Origin: Camelus ferus
Taxonomy: Eukaryota
Length of the DNA stretch: 64,000 nt
Reading direction: 5' to 3'
Assembly (NCBI RefSeq): GCF_009834535.1
Contig: NC_045704.1
Span: forward strand, 49,044,001 to 49,108,000
This document shows positions 18,001 through 42,155 of the stretch, piece by piece. The translations under genes and the position numbers were made by a program. Position 1 is the stretch's first letter; the number at the start of each line of letters is the position of its first letter. The notes below the pieces were generated by a model that did no database searches, was not told where the DNA came from, and saw only the letters and a program-made list of their open reading frames with translations.

Positions 18001-18696
18001 CTCGGCTCCTTCAGTGTTCACCCTCTGAGCACATAGCTCTACGCTCTCTCAGGAGACAAGACGGAGGGGAATCCTGCTCGTTGCTGTATACCCACAGCTC
18101 ACTTAGGGCCTGGCCACTTAGTAAGTGCTCAGTTGATATCTGCTAAATAAATGAGTGGAACTGCATTAAATCAATTCCAGCTTCATTTGTGGGTTCAAAT
18201 CAGACCTCAGAGTTTCACCTGTGACTCGGAGGCCCCTCCTTGAGCCCACCCCTTTTCTTCCTGAATCTATGATCATCATCCATGGCCCACTTTTAGCTGT
18301 CATACGGTAACAACTGTGAGCCTTCTCCTTTTCCTTTTCACAAGACTTCCTGCAACACAGTCACCAGCAGCATGTATCCAGCACCTGCTTGCTCATGGTG
18401 AGGAACAAGGAGACCAACAACGATGCCCCTGAGGGTTTGACAATCCAGATCAAGGGTTCAATTGAGAGGAAGTTGGCGATTCTGTACCCCCATCCTTGGA
18501 CCTTCTCTTCCATTTGTGACCCTGATATATCCACTCAAGAACACATTAAACAAATACCCATACACCAAGAAAACACCTATACTTCCACGTCGTCTGGCTT
18601 TCTGTGTCTGTTCCTTTGACTTTCATACTTGCAATGTCTAGAGGGGACAGAAAATCACAGCCATGTCCAACATGTAGGGCAGTAGTCCATGAGGAC

Positions 18697-19149
18697 TGTA
18701 AAGATAAAGGAAACCTTAGTTAAAATGGAGTCGAGAAGCCCTGAAAGGGGAACTCACACGTGTACCACTCGTTGCAGCTTGCATAACCAGCAGGAAGAAT
18801 GAAGAATGATTTTGTCGAGAGGACATTAATCACATGCAGATTTTATCTTTTGCTTTTTCAGAAAAGAAGGAAGATCCTTCTTACCCCAGCAACAATTCTC
18901 TAACCACCACTTGAAACCAATGAGAAACTGCCACAACTTCAAAGTCTCATCCTTCTGCAATGAGCTTTTATTCAAAAAAACTCCCAATTTCCCTCTAAAA
19001 CCTAGTAAAAGCAAGCCCCTCTCCTTTATTCTCCAGGCTTGCCTATGATTCACCATAGCTGGCCTGTCCTAAGTGGCAATTCTCTGCTATTCCCAAATAA
19101 ACCCACTTTGCTGGTAAAATAACTGGCTTTTTTATTTTTAAGGTTGACA
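18697..19149 (+). mobile_element. ERV1 (MER4/MER34-like) 5' LTR
   Basis: TG...CA ends and internal AATAAA; followed by TGGTATCAGAAGTGGGAT at 19155-19172, complementary to the tRNA-Leu 3' end. Confidence 0.75.
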
Positions 19150-19739
19150 TTGCATGGTATCAGAAGTGGGATCCAGAGTACCACCTAATGACTTGGAGGC
19201 TGGTGAGCAAGCAGGTGTTGGTACCGACAGAGTTCACTGAACTCACTGCTTTCTTGCTAACCCTGGAGTTTGAGGGTAAGTTTTCTCCTGGGTCTGAGCT
19301 CTGTTCTCCTTGTGTTTTGAGTTCCCTAGCTTTATAGAGATCTGTTTTCATGAAGCTTCCTGGTAAGTCACCCATCTTGTTCAAAATGGGAAACACGTGA
19401 GTCCTAGTGTTTTAAAACAGCTATTGGGAAACATAATTTTTAAAATTATGACACAATTAAGACATTTTAGGAAAACCAAAGGCAAGATAGGTTCCACCTA
19501 ATCCTTCAACCAGCATCTTATGCCTTTCTGGAAAAATGGGTGAACTTTTAGATAACTTGGAGTTATAATGGCCATTCCAGGGAAACTTTGTTTTAGATAA
19601 GTCCACCTAAAGGGGAACCCTTAAAAGAGAGGATTCTAAATTTCTTAGAGACAGCATAATGCATTTTTTGATTGGTATGCAGAATTTTCTAAAAGATAAA
19701 ATAAGTTTTAAAAAAACTCTAAGGGATTCTTACAGCATG

Positions 19740-20640
19740 CAAATGAAAAGATCTTTAAGATGCTCAATATCACTAATTATCAGAGAAATGCAATTCAAAA
19801 CTACAAGGTATCACCTCACACCAGTCAGAATGGCCATCATGAAAAAGTCTACAAATAATAAATGCTAGGGACGGTGTGAAGAAAAGCTAACCCTCCCGCA
19901 CTGTTGATGGGAATTTAAATTGATGCAGTCACTATGGAGGACAGTGTGGAGGTTCCCTAAAAAACTAAAAAGAGACTTACCATATGATCCAGCAATCCCA
20001 CTCCTGGGCATATATATGGAAAAGACAAAAACTCTAATTCAAAAAGTTACATGCACCCTGATGTTCAAAGCAGCACTGTTTACAACAGCCAAGACATGGA
20101 AGCAAGCTAAGGGTCCATCAACAGATGAATGGATAAAGTAGATGTGGTGTATATATAGACAATGAAATATTACTCAGCTATAAAAAATGAGTGAAATAAT
20201 GTCATTTGCAGCAACATGGATGGACCTAGAGATTATCATACTAAGTGAAGTAAGTCAGAGAAAGACAAATATCCTAATATCACTTATATGTGGGATCTAA
20301 ACAAATGGCACAAAGGAACTTATTTACAAAACAGAAAGAGACTCTCAGATATAGAAAACAAACTTATGGTTACCAAAGGGGAAATAGTGGAGAACAGAGG
20401 GAGGGATAAATTAGGACTTTGGGATTAGCAGATACAAACTACTATATATAAAATAAACAAGGTACTAATGTATATCACAGGGAATGGCATTCAGTATCTT
20501 CTAATAATTTATAATGAAAAAGAATATGAAAAAGAATATATACATGTATATAACTGAATCATTGTACACCAGAAAAAACACAACATTGTAAATCAACTAA
20601 ACTTCAATTAAAAACAGACCAAAAAAACCCCCCAAAACAG
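19740..20640 (+). mobile_element. LINE-1 3' fragment
   Basis: ORF2 C-terminal [12 protein letters not shown]...DEWIK, 3' UTR and A-rich tail. Confidence 0.9.
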
Positions 20641-21146
20641 ACAAACAGACAAAAACCTGTTGCCATCTGATCAGATAACCTTAACTCCATCTGCCAGAAA
20701 AGTAATTTGGATCTGAATTTATACCTGGGGAATGGCTAAAAATTTTTTTAAAAAGTAAAATCTTTATGTCTGTTGGTATATTATGTATGTCTGTGTGTGT
20801 ATGTTATAGGTATGTGATATTTTTCTACCTTCACATGGTGTTGCCAAAATTAATTTGTAAGGAGCTGTATTTAGCTGGCTTAAAAGAAAATTAAGAATTT
20901 ATAAATCAAGTATACTCTCAGAAATACAGAAATTAACTCAAATGTTTTTCAAGTTTGTATGATCTGGAATAATTGTTGATAGATAAAAGCTAGTTGAAGT
21001 TTTTTGGCAAATAAAAACAAGCATATCTTCAGAGTTGTCAGTATTGAGTATAATGCAAATATGCAACTTTTTCTGCCTGGGTTTACTAATTAAAAAGGCT
21101 CATGCATTTTTTGTTTCAAAATCTGTCAGCAAGAAAATAACTTAAT

Positions 21147-21306
21147 GGGGAGGATATAGCTCAGTGGTAGAACACATGCTTAGCATGCACAAGGTTGTGG
21201 GTTCAATCCCTGGTACCTCATCAAAAATCTTAAAAAATTAAAATAAATAAATGAACAACCTAATTACCCTCCAAATAAATTTTTAAAAAAGAAAAATTTA
21301 AAAAAA
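21147..21306 (+). mobile_element. tRNA-derived SINE (Vic-1-like)
   Basis: A box TAGCTCAGTGG, B box GGTTCAATCC, A-rich tail, near-perfect TSD AAGAAAA(T/G)AACTTAA. Confidence 0.8.
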
Positions 21307-22046
21307 AAGAAAAGAACTTAAGATTATGGTTAGCTATTTAGTGTCTAATCCAAGCATAATTGTCAAAAACAAGTATTTTTTCTTCCAGTTTTAGTGATAT
21401 AGTTGACATTCATCACTGTATAAGTTTGTGGACCGCATAATGATTTGACGTATATGCGTCATGAAATGATTACCACAGTAAGTTTACTGAATATCCATCA
21501 TTTCACATTAAAGAAATAGAAAAATTTTTTTTTCCTTTGGATGAGAACTCTTGGGATTTACTCTCTTAACAACTTTCATTTATAACATAACAGCAGTGTT
21601 AATTATATTTATCCTATTGTACATTACCAAAAAAACCAAGGTTTTAAAATAAACATAAGATCAAAATTTATACTAATTTAAATTAAAGGATATTCATTGA
21701 ATCTAAATCATTTTCAAGTAAGGTAAATGTTAAATGCTAAACATAGTTTATCTATTTTTGGCTTTTTAATTTTTACAAAGAGACAAAGTTATTTGAATCT
21801 CTTAATAAACATGTTTTGTGCCACATTACAAAATTTTACAGTCAAGAAAATACTTCTGGAAATTATGAAGTGTATTTATAAGTATACTAGCTTTCCACAG
21901 GATGCTAATACATGACAGACAGTTCACAACTTCCTGCTTCCTAGTTTTCACTAGAAAATAAAGATTACAAATAGTTTTAAAAGTTAGAAGAAGAGCTGAA
22001 AAGACAAAATGAGGCACAGAGAACTATCACAGCACTTAGAGTAATA

Positions 22047-22506
22047 CAGCCATAAAAAATGATAAAATAATGTCATTTGCAGCAACAAATGGATGTCCCT
22101 GGAGAATGTCATTCTAAGTGAAGTAAGCCAGAAAGAGAAAGAAAAATACCATATGATATCACTCATATGTGGAATCTAAAAAAAAAAAAATACAAATGAA
22201 CTTATATATAAAACAGGAACAGACTCACAGACAGAATACAGACTTGTGGTTGCCAGGGGCGAGAAGGGTGGGAAGGGATAAACTGGGAATTTGAGATTTG
22301 CAGATACTGACTGGTATATATAAAATAAATAAACAAGTTTATTTATACTGTATAGCACAGGGAAATATATTAAATATCTTGTAGTAGCTTACGGTGAAAA
22401 AGAATATGAAAATGAATATATGTATGTTCATGTATGACTGAAGAATTGTGCTGTACACCAGAAATTGACACAACATTGTAAACTGACTATACCTCAATTT
22501 AAAAAA
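22047..22506 (+). mobile_element. 5'-truncated young LINE-1 with 16-bp TSD
   Basis: TSD AGCACTTAGAGTAATA at 22031-22046 and 22507-22522. Confidence 0.9.
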
Positions 22507-23269
22507 AGCACTTAGAGTAATAAAAGTAAATTAACTCTACACAAACTGTATATTGACTCTGAGAGGATGCAGACAAAGCAGTCACCCCTTTGGAAGATGA
22601 GAAACAATGAAGCTCCCATAAGAGCTTTCTCCTACTGTGGAAAGACTTACTGTAACTTCTTGATTTTCAAACTGTGATCACAGACCATTGATGAATTATG
22701 ATTGACATTTATTTAAATAGAAAATATACATATTGTCTGTGTGGATATAGATAAATGAATAATATAGATCTTCAATTTTATCTATAATTTATAGATAACT
22801 TTATTATAGATTTGTTTATTATCTATAAATAGAAGAGAATAATTTCATAAAATGCAAAATAGAGTGCATGCATGGCATACATGGAAAATAGGAGATACAT
22901 GTCAGTTTATTAAACTTCTATTTCAGTTACTTATATGTTTTTATATGTGTAAGTATTTGCTGGGCCATAGTATTTCTTACTGTGGAATGATCCAACACAT
23001 TTGAAAGCAACTGCTCTTATACCACAGTAAATGGAGCAACAAAAGGGTCTCTGCAGGACAAGAGCAGCCACCCTTTCCGCCCTGGACACACACAATGATA
23101 TCTCCTCAAGGCCAGGCTGTAACCACTCTCTGATAGGTTCATATTTTGTTGTCTTGTCTTTTCAGATTTACAGTCAGGCAGCAATATTTATTTAAAAGAA
23201 TGTCTCCCATTTCTTTTTTTTTTAATTCTTTTTTAAAAATGGAAGTACCATAGTTGATGTACGCAGCCC

Positions 23270-24670
23270 CCATTAAAAAAAAATGGAAGCATAGTTGACT
23301 TACCATATTATGTTACTTTCAGGTGTACAGCAAAGTGATTTGGTTATGTATGTATAACCTATATGTATTCTTTCTTTTTGATTCTTTTCCATTATAGGTT
23401 ATTACAAGATACTGACTATAGTTCCCTGTGCTATGTGACAAATTCTATTTTATGTATGGTAGTGTGTATATGTTAATTCCATACTCCTAATTTATCCCTT
23501 CCCTCCCTTCCCCTTTGGTAACCATAAGTTTGTTTTCTATGTCTATGAGTCTCTGTTTTGTAAATAAGTTCCTTTGTGCCATTTGTTTAGATCCCACATA
23601 TAAGTGATATTAGGATATTTGTCTTTCTCTGACTTACTTCACTTAGTATGATAATCTCTAGGTCCATCCATGTTGCTGCAAATGGCATTATTTCACTCAT
23701 TTTTTATAGCTGAGTAATATTTCATTGTCTATATATACACCACATCTACTTTATCCATTCATCTGTTGATGGACCCTTAGCTTGCTTCCATGTCTTGGCT
23801 GTTGTAAACAGTGCTGCTTTGAACATCAGGGTGCATGTAACTTTTTGAATTAGAGTTTTTGTCTTTTCCGTATATATGCCCAGGAGTGGGATTGCTGGAT
23901 CATATGGTAAGTCTCTTCTTAGTTTTTTAGGGAACCTCCACACTGTCCTCCATAGTGACTGCATCAATTTAAATTCCCATCAACAGTGCGGGAGGGTTAG
24001 CTTTTCTTCACACCGTCCCTAGCATTTATTATTTGTAGACTTTGATAACAGCCATTCTGACTGTTGTGAAGTGATACCTCATTGTAATTTTGATTTGCAT
24101 TTCTCTAACAATTAGTGATGTTAAACATCTTTTCATGTACCTGTTGGCCACCTGTATGTCTTCATTGGAGAAATGTCTATTTAGGTCTTCTGACCATTTT
24201 TAGTTGTTTCTTTTTTTGGTATTGAGTTGTATGAGCTGTTTGTATATTTTGGAAATTAACCCCTTTTTGGATGCATTGTTTGCAAATATTTTCTCCAAAT
24301 GCATAGCTTGTCTTTTCTTTTTGTTTATGCTTTTCTTTGCTGTGCAAAAGCTTTAAATGTGATTAGGTCCCATTTGTTTATTTTTGCATTTATTTCTTTT
24401 GCCTTGGGAGACTGATATAAGTAAATATTGGTATAACTTATATCAGAGAATATTTTGCCTATGTTCTCTTCTAGGAGTTTTGTGGTGTTCTGTCTTACGT
24501 TTAAGTCTTTAAGCCATTTTGAGTTTATTTACGTGTATGGTGTGAGGGAGTATTCTAACTTCATTGATTTACATGTGGCTGTCCAGCTTTCCCACTACCT
24601 CTTGCAGAAGAGACTTTCTTTTCTCCATTGTATATTCTTGCCTCTTTTTGGAAGATTAATTGACCATAGT
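23270..24670 (-). mobile_element. LINE-1 3' fragment
   Basis: ORF2 C-terminus and 3' UTR on the minus strand. Confidence 0.9.
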
Positions 24671-27600
24671 TATTACCAGGTTTATTGGCTAAAGTAGTTT
24701 GAATAATCACGTGGCCCTTGATTATCTACTTGCTGAGCAAGATGGCATTTGTACAATTGCAAGTAAGTAACACCTGCTTCATATGGGTAAATACCTTTGG
24801 AGAAACAGAAACTTAATTACACAAGATCAGGGAATAAGCCCATTGGTTAAAACAAATTTCACCTGATAAGCCCTGGTCTTTTGACCTATTTAGCTGATTA
24901 CTTTCAGGTTTGGGCTCCTGGTTTAGAACTATCATACAAAGTAAACTTGTCATATTAGTTTTAACTTTGCTTTGCATCATCATTTTAAAGCTTTGTACCT
25001 GTTGCTTGTCAAATTTTTGTAAAAATGGTGTACCCAATAGGCTGACGCTAGCTTAATGCTTTAAGGTGATCTCCAATACTTACAACCTTGATAAGATAAA
25101 GACTTTAGATGGGAAATGCCTGTGAGTTCTCCCTTCTACCTTCCTTGTTACTCAGATGTGGCCTCAACAGTTTCTAATCTACACATTCCCTCTGATGTGG
25201 GACTTGACTAGGTGCCAGATTTTACATCTATAATCTCACTTAATCCCCACAACAGCTTCCCCATCTTACAGAAAGGCTACTGAATGTGTCCAGGGTCATG
25301 TGAAGAGCAAGTTGTGAGGAATGATGAGATCTCAGTCCCCTGCCTGGCAACCACTGCAGTATTCCAGGAAGTTAGAGAACTTACTGGAAGGCACCATTGG
25401 GCTTAGCTATAAGCAGGGCCTGATTCTGTCAGCACCTCCAGGCCACGGTGCCTTTGCATAGGAACGCTCCATTACCCGCTTTACTCTGTACAGAATCCAG
25501 TGGCTGGTGAGGTCCCTGGTTACAGCATGGGGTGACAAGGCCAGCTCTTGCAGGCCAGGGTCTCAGGTGCACCAGGTAGCTTCTTGCAATGGACCTGAGT
25601 CATTCTTTTGTCCACCACACATTTGAGCCCCCTTCCTGTGTTAGAGGTATCCCCCAGCTTTGAGACAGAACTTGCCTCCCATGAAAGAAGCTGAAAATGC
25701 CCCTTTCTGCCTCCCTTTTCCAGCCACCCTGTCAGCAAGGACCTGGGCACATGACTTGGCTCCTCCAATCAGACCCATGTGCCCAACTTTAAGTAAAGCT
25801 GCCAATGGAAGAAGCCCATCTCAGTAATTGACGGCGGCAGCCGTAGCAGCTACATCCAGCTTTCAAAGGTGGTGCCACCTCCGTCCCTCACTGGTGGTGC
25901 CAATTACGGCATCTGTGCCCAAGAGAGACAGTAGGGTCTCTTCCAGATCTGATCCTCTGATCTTCTAGAACTCTTGAGAACTAACTAGTATCTTGGGAAA
26001 ATTCTTTTTCTAATTAGAGTCACCAGAATCAGTTTATGTTGCTTAAAGTTAAGAACCTTGATTGATACAAAAATAGGACTAAAAGTGGATAGAGCAAGAA
26101 GCCCTGTGGGAAATAGGGATGACATAAGGCTGGCAAGTGGCCAGAGGACAGTGAAAATCCATCTCGTATGAAGGGACAGGACAGCAATAGCTGGTGGCAT
26201 GCCATGGTGAGACACTTAATCCTGTGGTTCCCCCAGAACAAAGTGCCCATCAAACGCAAGGCTTTTGAGACCTGGTATTTCTTGCCAGAGAAGAACATAA
26301 AGATTACCCTGAAATCAAGAGCTGCTGGGCAGAGTGTTGTGCTACTGTCACCAATAGTTTAAAGGAAAGAAAGACAAGCTCAAAGTCCAAATTCTTGACT
26401 CAAGACATGTTTAGAAAGTCAGGGAATTTTTATATCTTGTAGCTGCAAGGCTAAGAGTTAAAATACAAACTTAAGGCTTAATCAGTGGCTATAAAATGAC
26501 ACCACCAGGTGGCCTCACACCTTCTCTAGGTCTTTAATTGGGAAAAAGTGGAGAGTGGAGAAGAGAGGCTGTTAGAATGGGGTTCTGCGGGGAGCTGTGG
26601 AAAGCTCAGTACCCCCACCCCTGCTGAGGCTCCCCGGCCAGCCAAAGTGACTCTTCTTGGTCATTCTGAAGGTCCTGGTGGCAGAAACTCACTAGCTCTT
26701 TGCCAAACCCATATCCCTTTCCTTCTGGGCACACATCTAGGTGGAGTTTCCCACCCTCCCTTGCAGTTAATGAGTTGCATGGCTGACATGTGGCCTGTGG
26801 TGATGGGTGGACGGGATGTACACTACTTCCCGGCCTGGCCCATAGCATCCTCTGAATGACTGTCCACGCTCCTGCTTCCCAAGTTGGCCACCTGAATTTC
26901 AATGCCCTGGGTGAGCTGGGAAGCAGTGTGCTGCAGGTGCCAGGGCCTCACTCAGTGTGGGTTCCCCTCCCCCATTGTACATGTGCAACCAGGCCAGCAG
27001 CTTAAGTTTCCTTAAATAAGACGCCCTTGCACTGAAGGAGTCCGCTTGTGTGGCCTACCCCACCACCCCTCATTGTCTCCAGACTATAAGTCAGATCCCT
27101 GCAGGCCCCAGGGGCCAAAAACTTCATATCTGGGAGGAAGATATTGAAACACTGAAAGAACCATGAGATTTTGCTCATTTATATTGGCAAAAACCTACAA
27201 AGTGATCTGGGAATGGATTTTGAGGGTGGAGAGTGGGGAAAGAAGAAAATGTTAGATGGGGTTAAATGTCTTCATATTTAGGATTTTATGAGGCTAGTTT
27301 AAGTAGCTGGGATGGTTCTAGTTGTGCTGATGGTTGCTTAACATGTGGACTCGTGGCCAAATAATATTAGCTAATAGCGGATAAGAGTAAGAATAGCTAA
27401 GACTATTAAGAGTAGTAATAGCTGAGCATTTACTATCTGCCAGGGACAGTTTTAAGCACTTTATTTATTTAACAAATTTACTTAGCTAACAAATGAGTTT
27501 TAGATGGTGTCATGTTGATGAAGGAGTTGAGAATGAGCACGCTGGCTCAGCCGAGCTAACATTCATCAGTGTTTACTCTCCCTAGGCTGTTTCATACACT

Positions 27601-28199
27601 TTAACATATTAACTCATTTTTTTATCCTTATTTTACAGAAGAGGATCATGAGGCAGAAAGATATTTTCGGGTGACCAACTGTCCCGGTTTGTCAGGGATG
27701 GAGGGATCTCCCCGCATGTGGGAATTTGAGTGCTGAAACCAGGACAGTTCCAGGTAAACTGGGATAAAGTCACATAGTAAGTGGCAGAGCCTGCAGATAA
27801 GGATATTGAAATGGCCTTTTCAGGTAGGACCTGCACACTGCCATCCCCACCCACGAACCCTGAGATGGCCCCAAAGACACGTCTTTTGCTGAGGCATTGA
27901 GAAATATTTTGGTGAAGGAAGTGCCATAGTGTCAGGAACGCTGATGGGAAAGGCAGCTGAATGGGACTCTGGTATTTGGGGTGTCAGAGGCTCAGAGGGC
28001 ATTGGATTGTCAGCTTTAGTTGCCATAAAGGTGGCTCCCATGTGGCTGCTGTCAGCATACACTCTGCCGTTCTCCGGCCTGGAAGCAGTACCTCTCCAGA
28101 CTGGCTTTGCAGCAGAATTAGGGGCACTATTTCTTGGCCACATAGCCCCTCCGCCTCGTTCTCTCACTCTCCCCAGGATCCTGTGACCAAATATTGTCC

Positions 28200-29155
28200 T
28201 TTAAAAAAAAATTGAAGTGAAATTTGCACAACATGAAATTAACCAATTCAGTGGCATTTGATGCTTTTACAATGTTGTGTAACCACCAGCTCTACCTAAG
28301 TTCCAAAACATTTTTTATCATTCCAAAATAAAACCCATACCCGTTGAGCAGTTACTCCTTGTTCTCCTGTTTCCCCTGGAAACCACCCATCTGCGTCTGT
28401 GGATTTACCTATTCTGAATAGTTTACATAAATGGAGTCATACCATATGGGATCTTTTATGACTAGCTTTTTTCACTTAAAATAATGTTATCATGTTCATC
28501 CACTTTGTAGCATGTATCAGTACTTCATTCCTTCTAATGGTTGAAAATATTCCATTGCTTGTATACACCACAGTTTGTTATCCACTCATTCACTGATGGA
28601 CATTTGGCTTGTTTCTACCTTTTGGCTATTGTGAGTAATGCTGGTCTGAACTTTGTGTTTAAGGATTTGTTTGAGAACTTGTGTTCATTTCTCTTGGGTA
28701 CATACCTAGGAGTGGAATTGCTGGGTCACATGGTAGTTGTGTTTCACTTTTTGGGAGTCGCCAAACTGTTTTCCACAGTAGTTGCGTTGTTTTACCACCA
28801 GCAATGCATGAGGGTTCCAATTGGTCCATGCCCGCACCAGCACTTGTTAATTGTCTGTTTCTTTGACCACATCCAAATGGGTGTGAAGTGATGTCTCATT
28901 GTGGTTTTGATTTTGATTTTTTTTTTTTTGGTTGGGAGGAGGTAATTAGGATTATTTACTCTTTTAAAGGAGGTAACGGGAATTGAACCCAGGACCTCAT
29001 GAGTGCTAGGCATGTACTCTACCACTGAGCTATACCCTCTCCCCTGCTTGGATTTCTTAATGACTAGTGATGTTGAATGTTCTTTCATGTACTTGTTGGC
29101 TATTTGTATATCCTCTTTGGAGAACTGTCTATTCAAGTTCTTTGCCCGTTTTGAA
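28200..29155 (-). mobile_element. Old LINE-1 3' fragment with nested tRNA-derived SINE (about 28918-29044, minus)
   Basis: L1 ORF2/3' UTR similarity; SINE A and B boxes on the minus strand. Confidence 0.8.
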
Positions 29156-29781
29156 ATCATTGCCCTTCTCATAAATTCCTTTTCTGCCATGACTAGCCAG
29201 AGCTATTTCTGTATTTCTGTTGGTTGCAACTAAGAACCGTGATTGATACGCTTCTCCCCATTCTGTGGTCCCAGGCCACACTTCTGCTTCCAACCAGCAA
29301 AGTAACTTGATGTTCACATGTAATAGTGTGCAACCCAGCTATGGTGCATTCTGGACACTACTGGTAGCAACTCCCAGTCTCTCACCTGCCTGGATGCACC
29401 CTCTCACCACTGTAGGGAGAGGAAGGAGAAGGGGCCATAACACACCCCAGTTCAGATAATCACAAAGAAAAAAGAAACATGTAGAAGTAGGCATAATGAA
29501 TGAAAAGAGAGGGTGTGAACGGAAACTAGTTGAGAGAGGCAGTGGTGAGAGGAGCTGGAAATTAGGGATGCAAAAGAGAATTGTAAATCTGCATTACTCA
29601 GGAATGAGAGTCTGAAAACCTCCAGTGGGTGGCGTGGGTCATGTGGGTAAACAGGGAAGGGACTGCGGTGGGTAGGAGTCTCCCTGGAAGTGATGCCTTG
29701 GGGGCCCTCTGGTCTTCCCAGGATCGTTCTAGGTTCCCCTTCACAATGAACATTCACAAGTCTGTTTGATCCATAACTTAG

Positions 29782-29787
29782 TTTAAT
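29782..29787 (-). terminator. CLEC18 polyA signal ATTAAA
   Basis: TTTAAT on +, about 350 nt after the stop. Confidence 0.55.
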
Positions 29788-30139
29788 CCTTTGTGTGGTG
29801 CACCCTGGGCAGTAAGGAACCTCCATCTGCCCCAGAGGGCCCAGCCCAGTTGGAGGAGAATGGCCTCTTCTGACCGCTGGCCGAGACTCCTGTTTCAGTG
29901 CCTAATTAAGATCCATCTTCCCAACCAAAAGCAGTCTTTGGGGGACCCAGGCTCCCCTCCCCCTATGTCAGGCTCTCTGTCAACCTCACATGTCCCCTTG
30001 CCCCACTCCCTGAAAGGTCTGAGACCTCTTTGGCTGTTGGGCCTGCAGTCACAGTCCGGCCCTTGTTTCAGACAGGTGGGCAGACAGGCAAGCAGGGCTG
30101 TGCACTCAGGCACTGGCAGAGGGGAGGCCTGGCTGAGCC

Positions 30140-42155
<12,016 letters not shown>

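Larger units (their letters stand above)
19150..25210 (+). mobile_element. Degenerate ERV1 internal region interrupted by L1, SINE and DNA elements; env TM remnant at about 24683-25060
   Basis: Primer binding site, AT-rich internal sequence, and broken env TM translation LAKVV..NNHVALDYLLAEQDGICTIA..TCFIWVNTFGETET. Confidence 0.7.

Noticed and set aside
24683..25060. Syncytin-like domesticated env
   Set aside because: Multiple stops and frameshifts; SU region absent.
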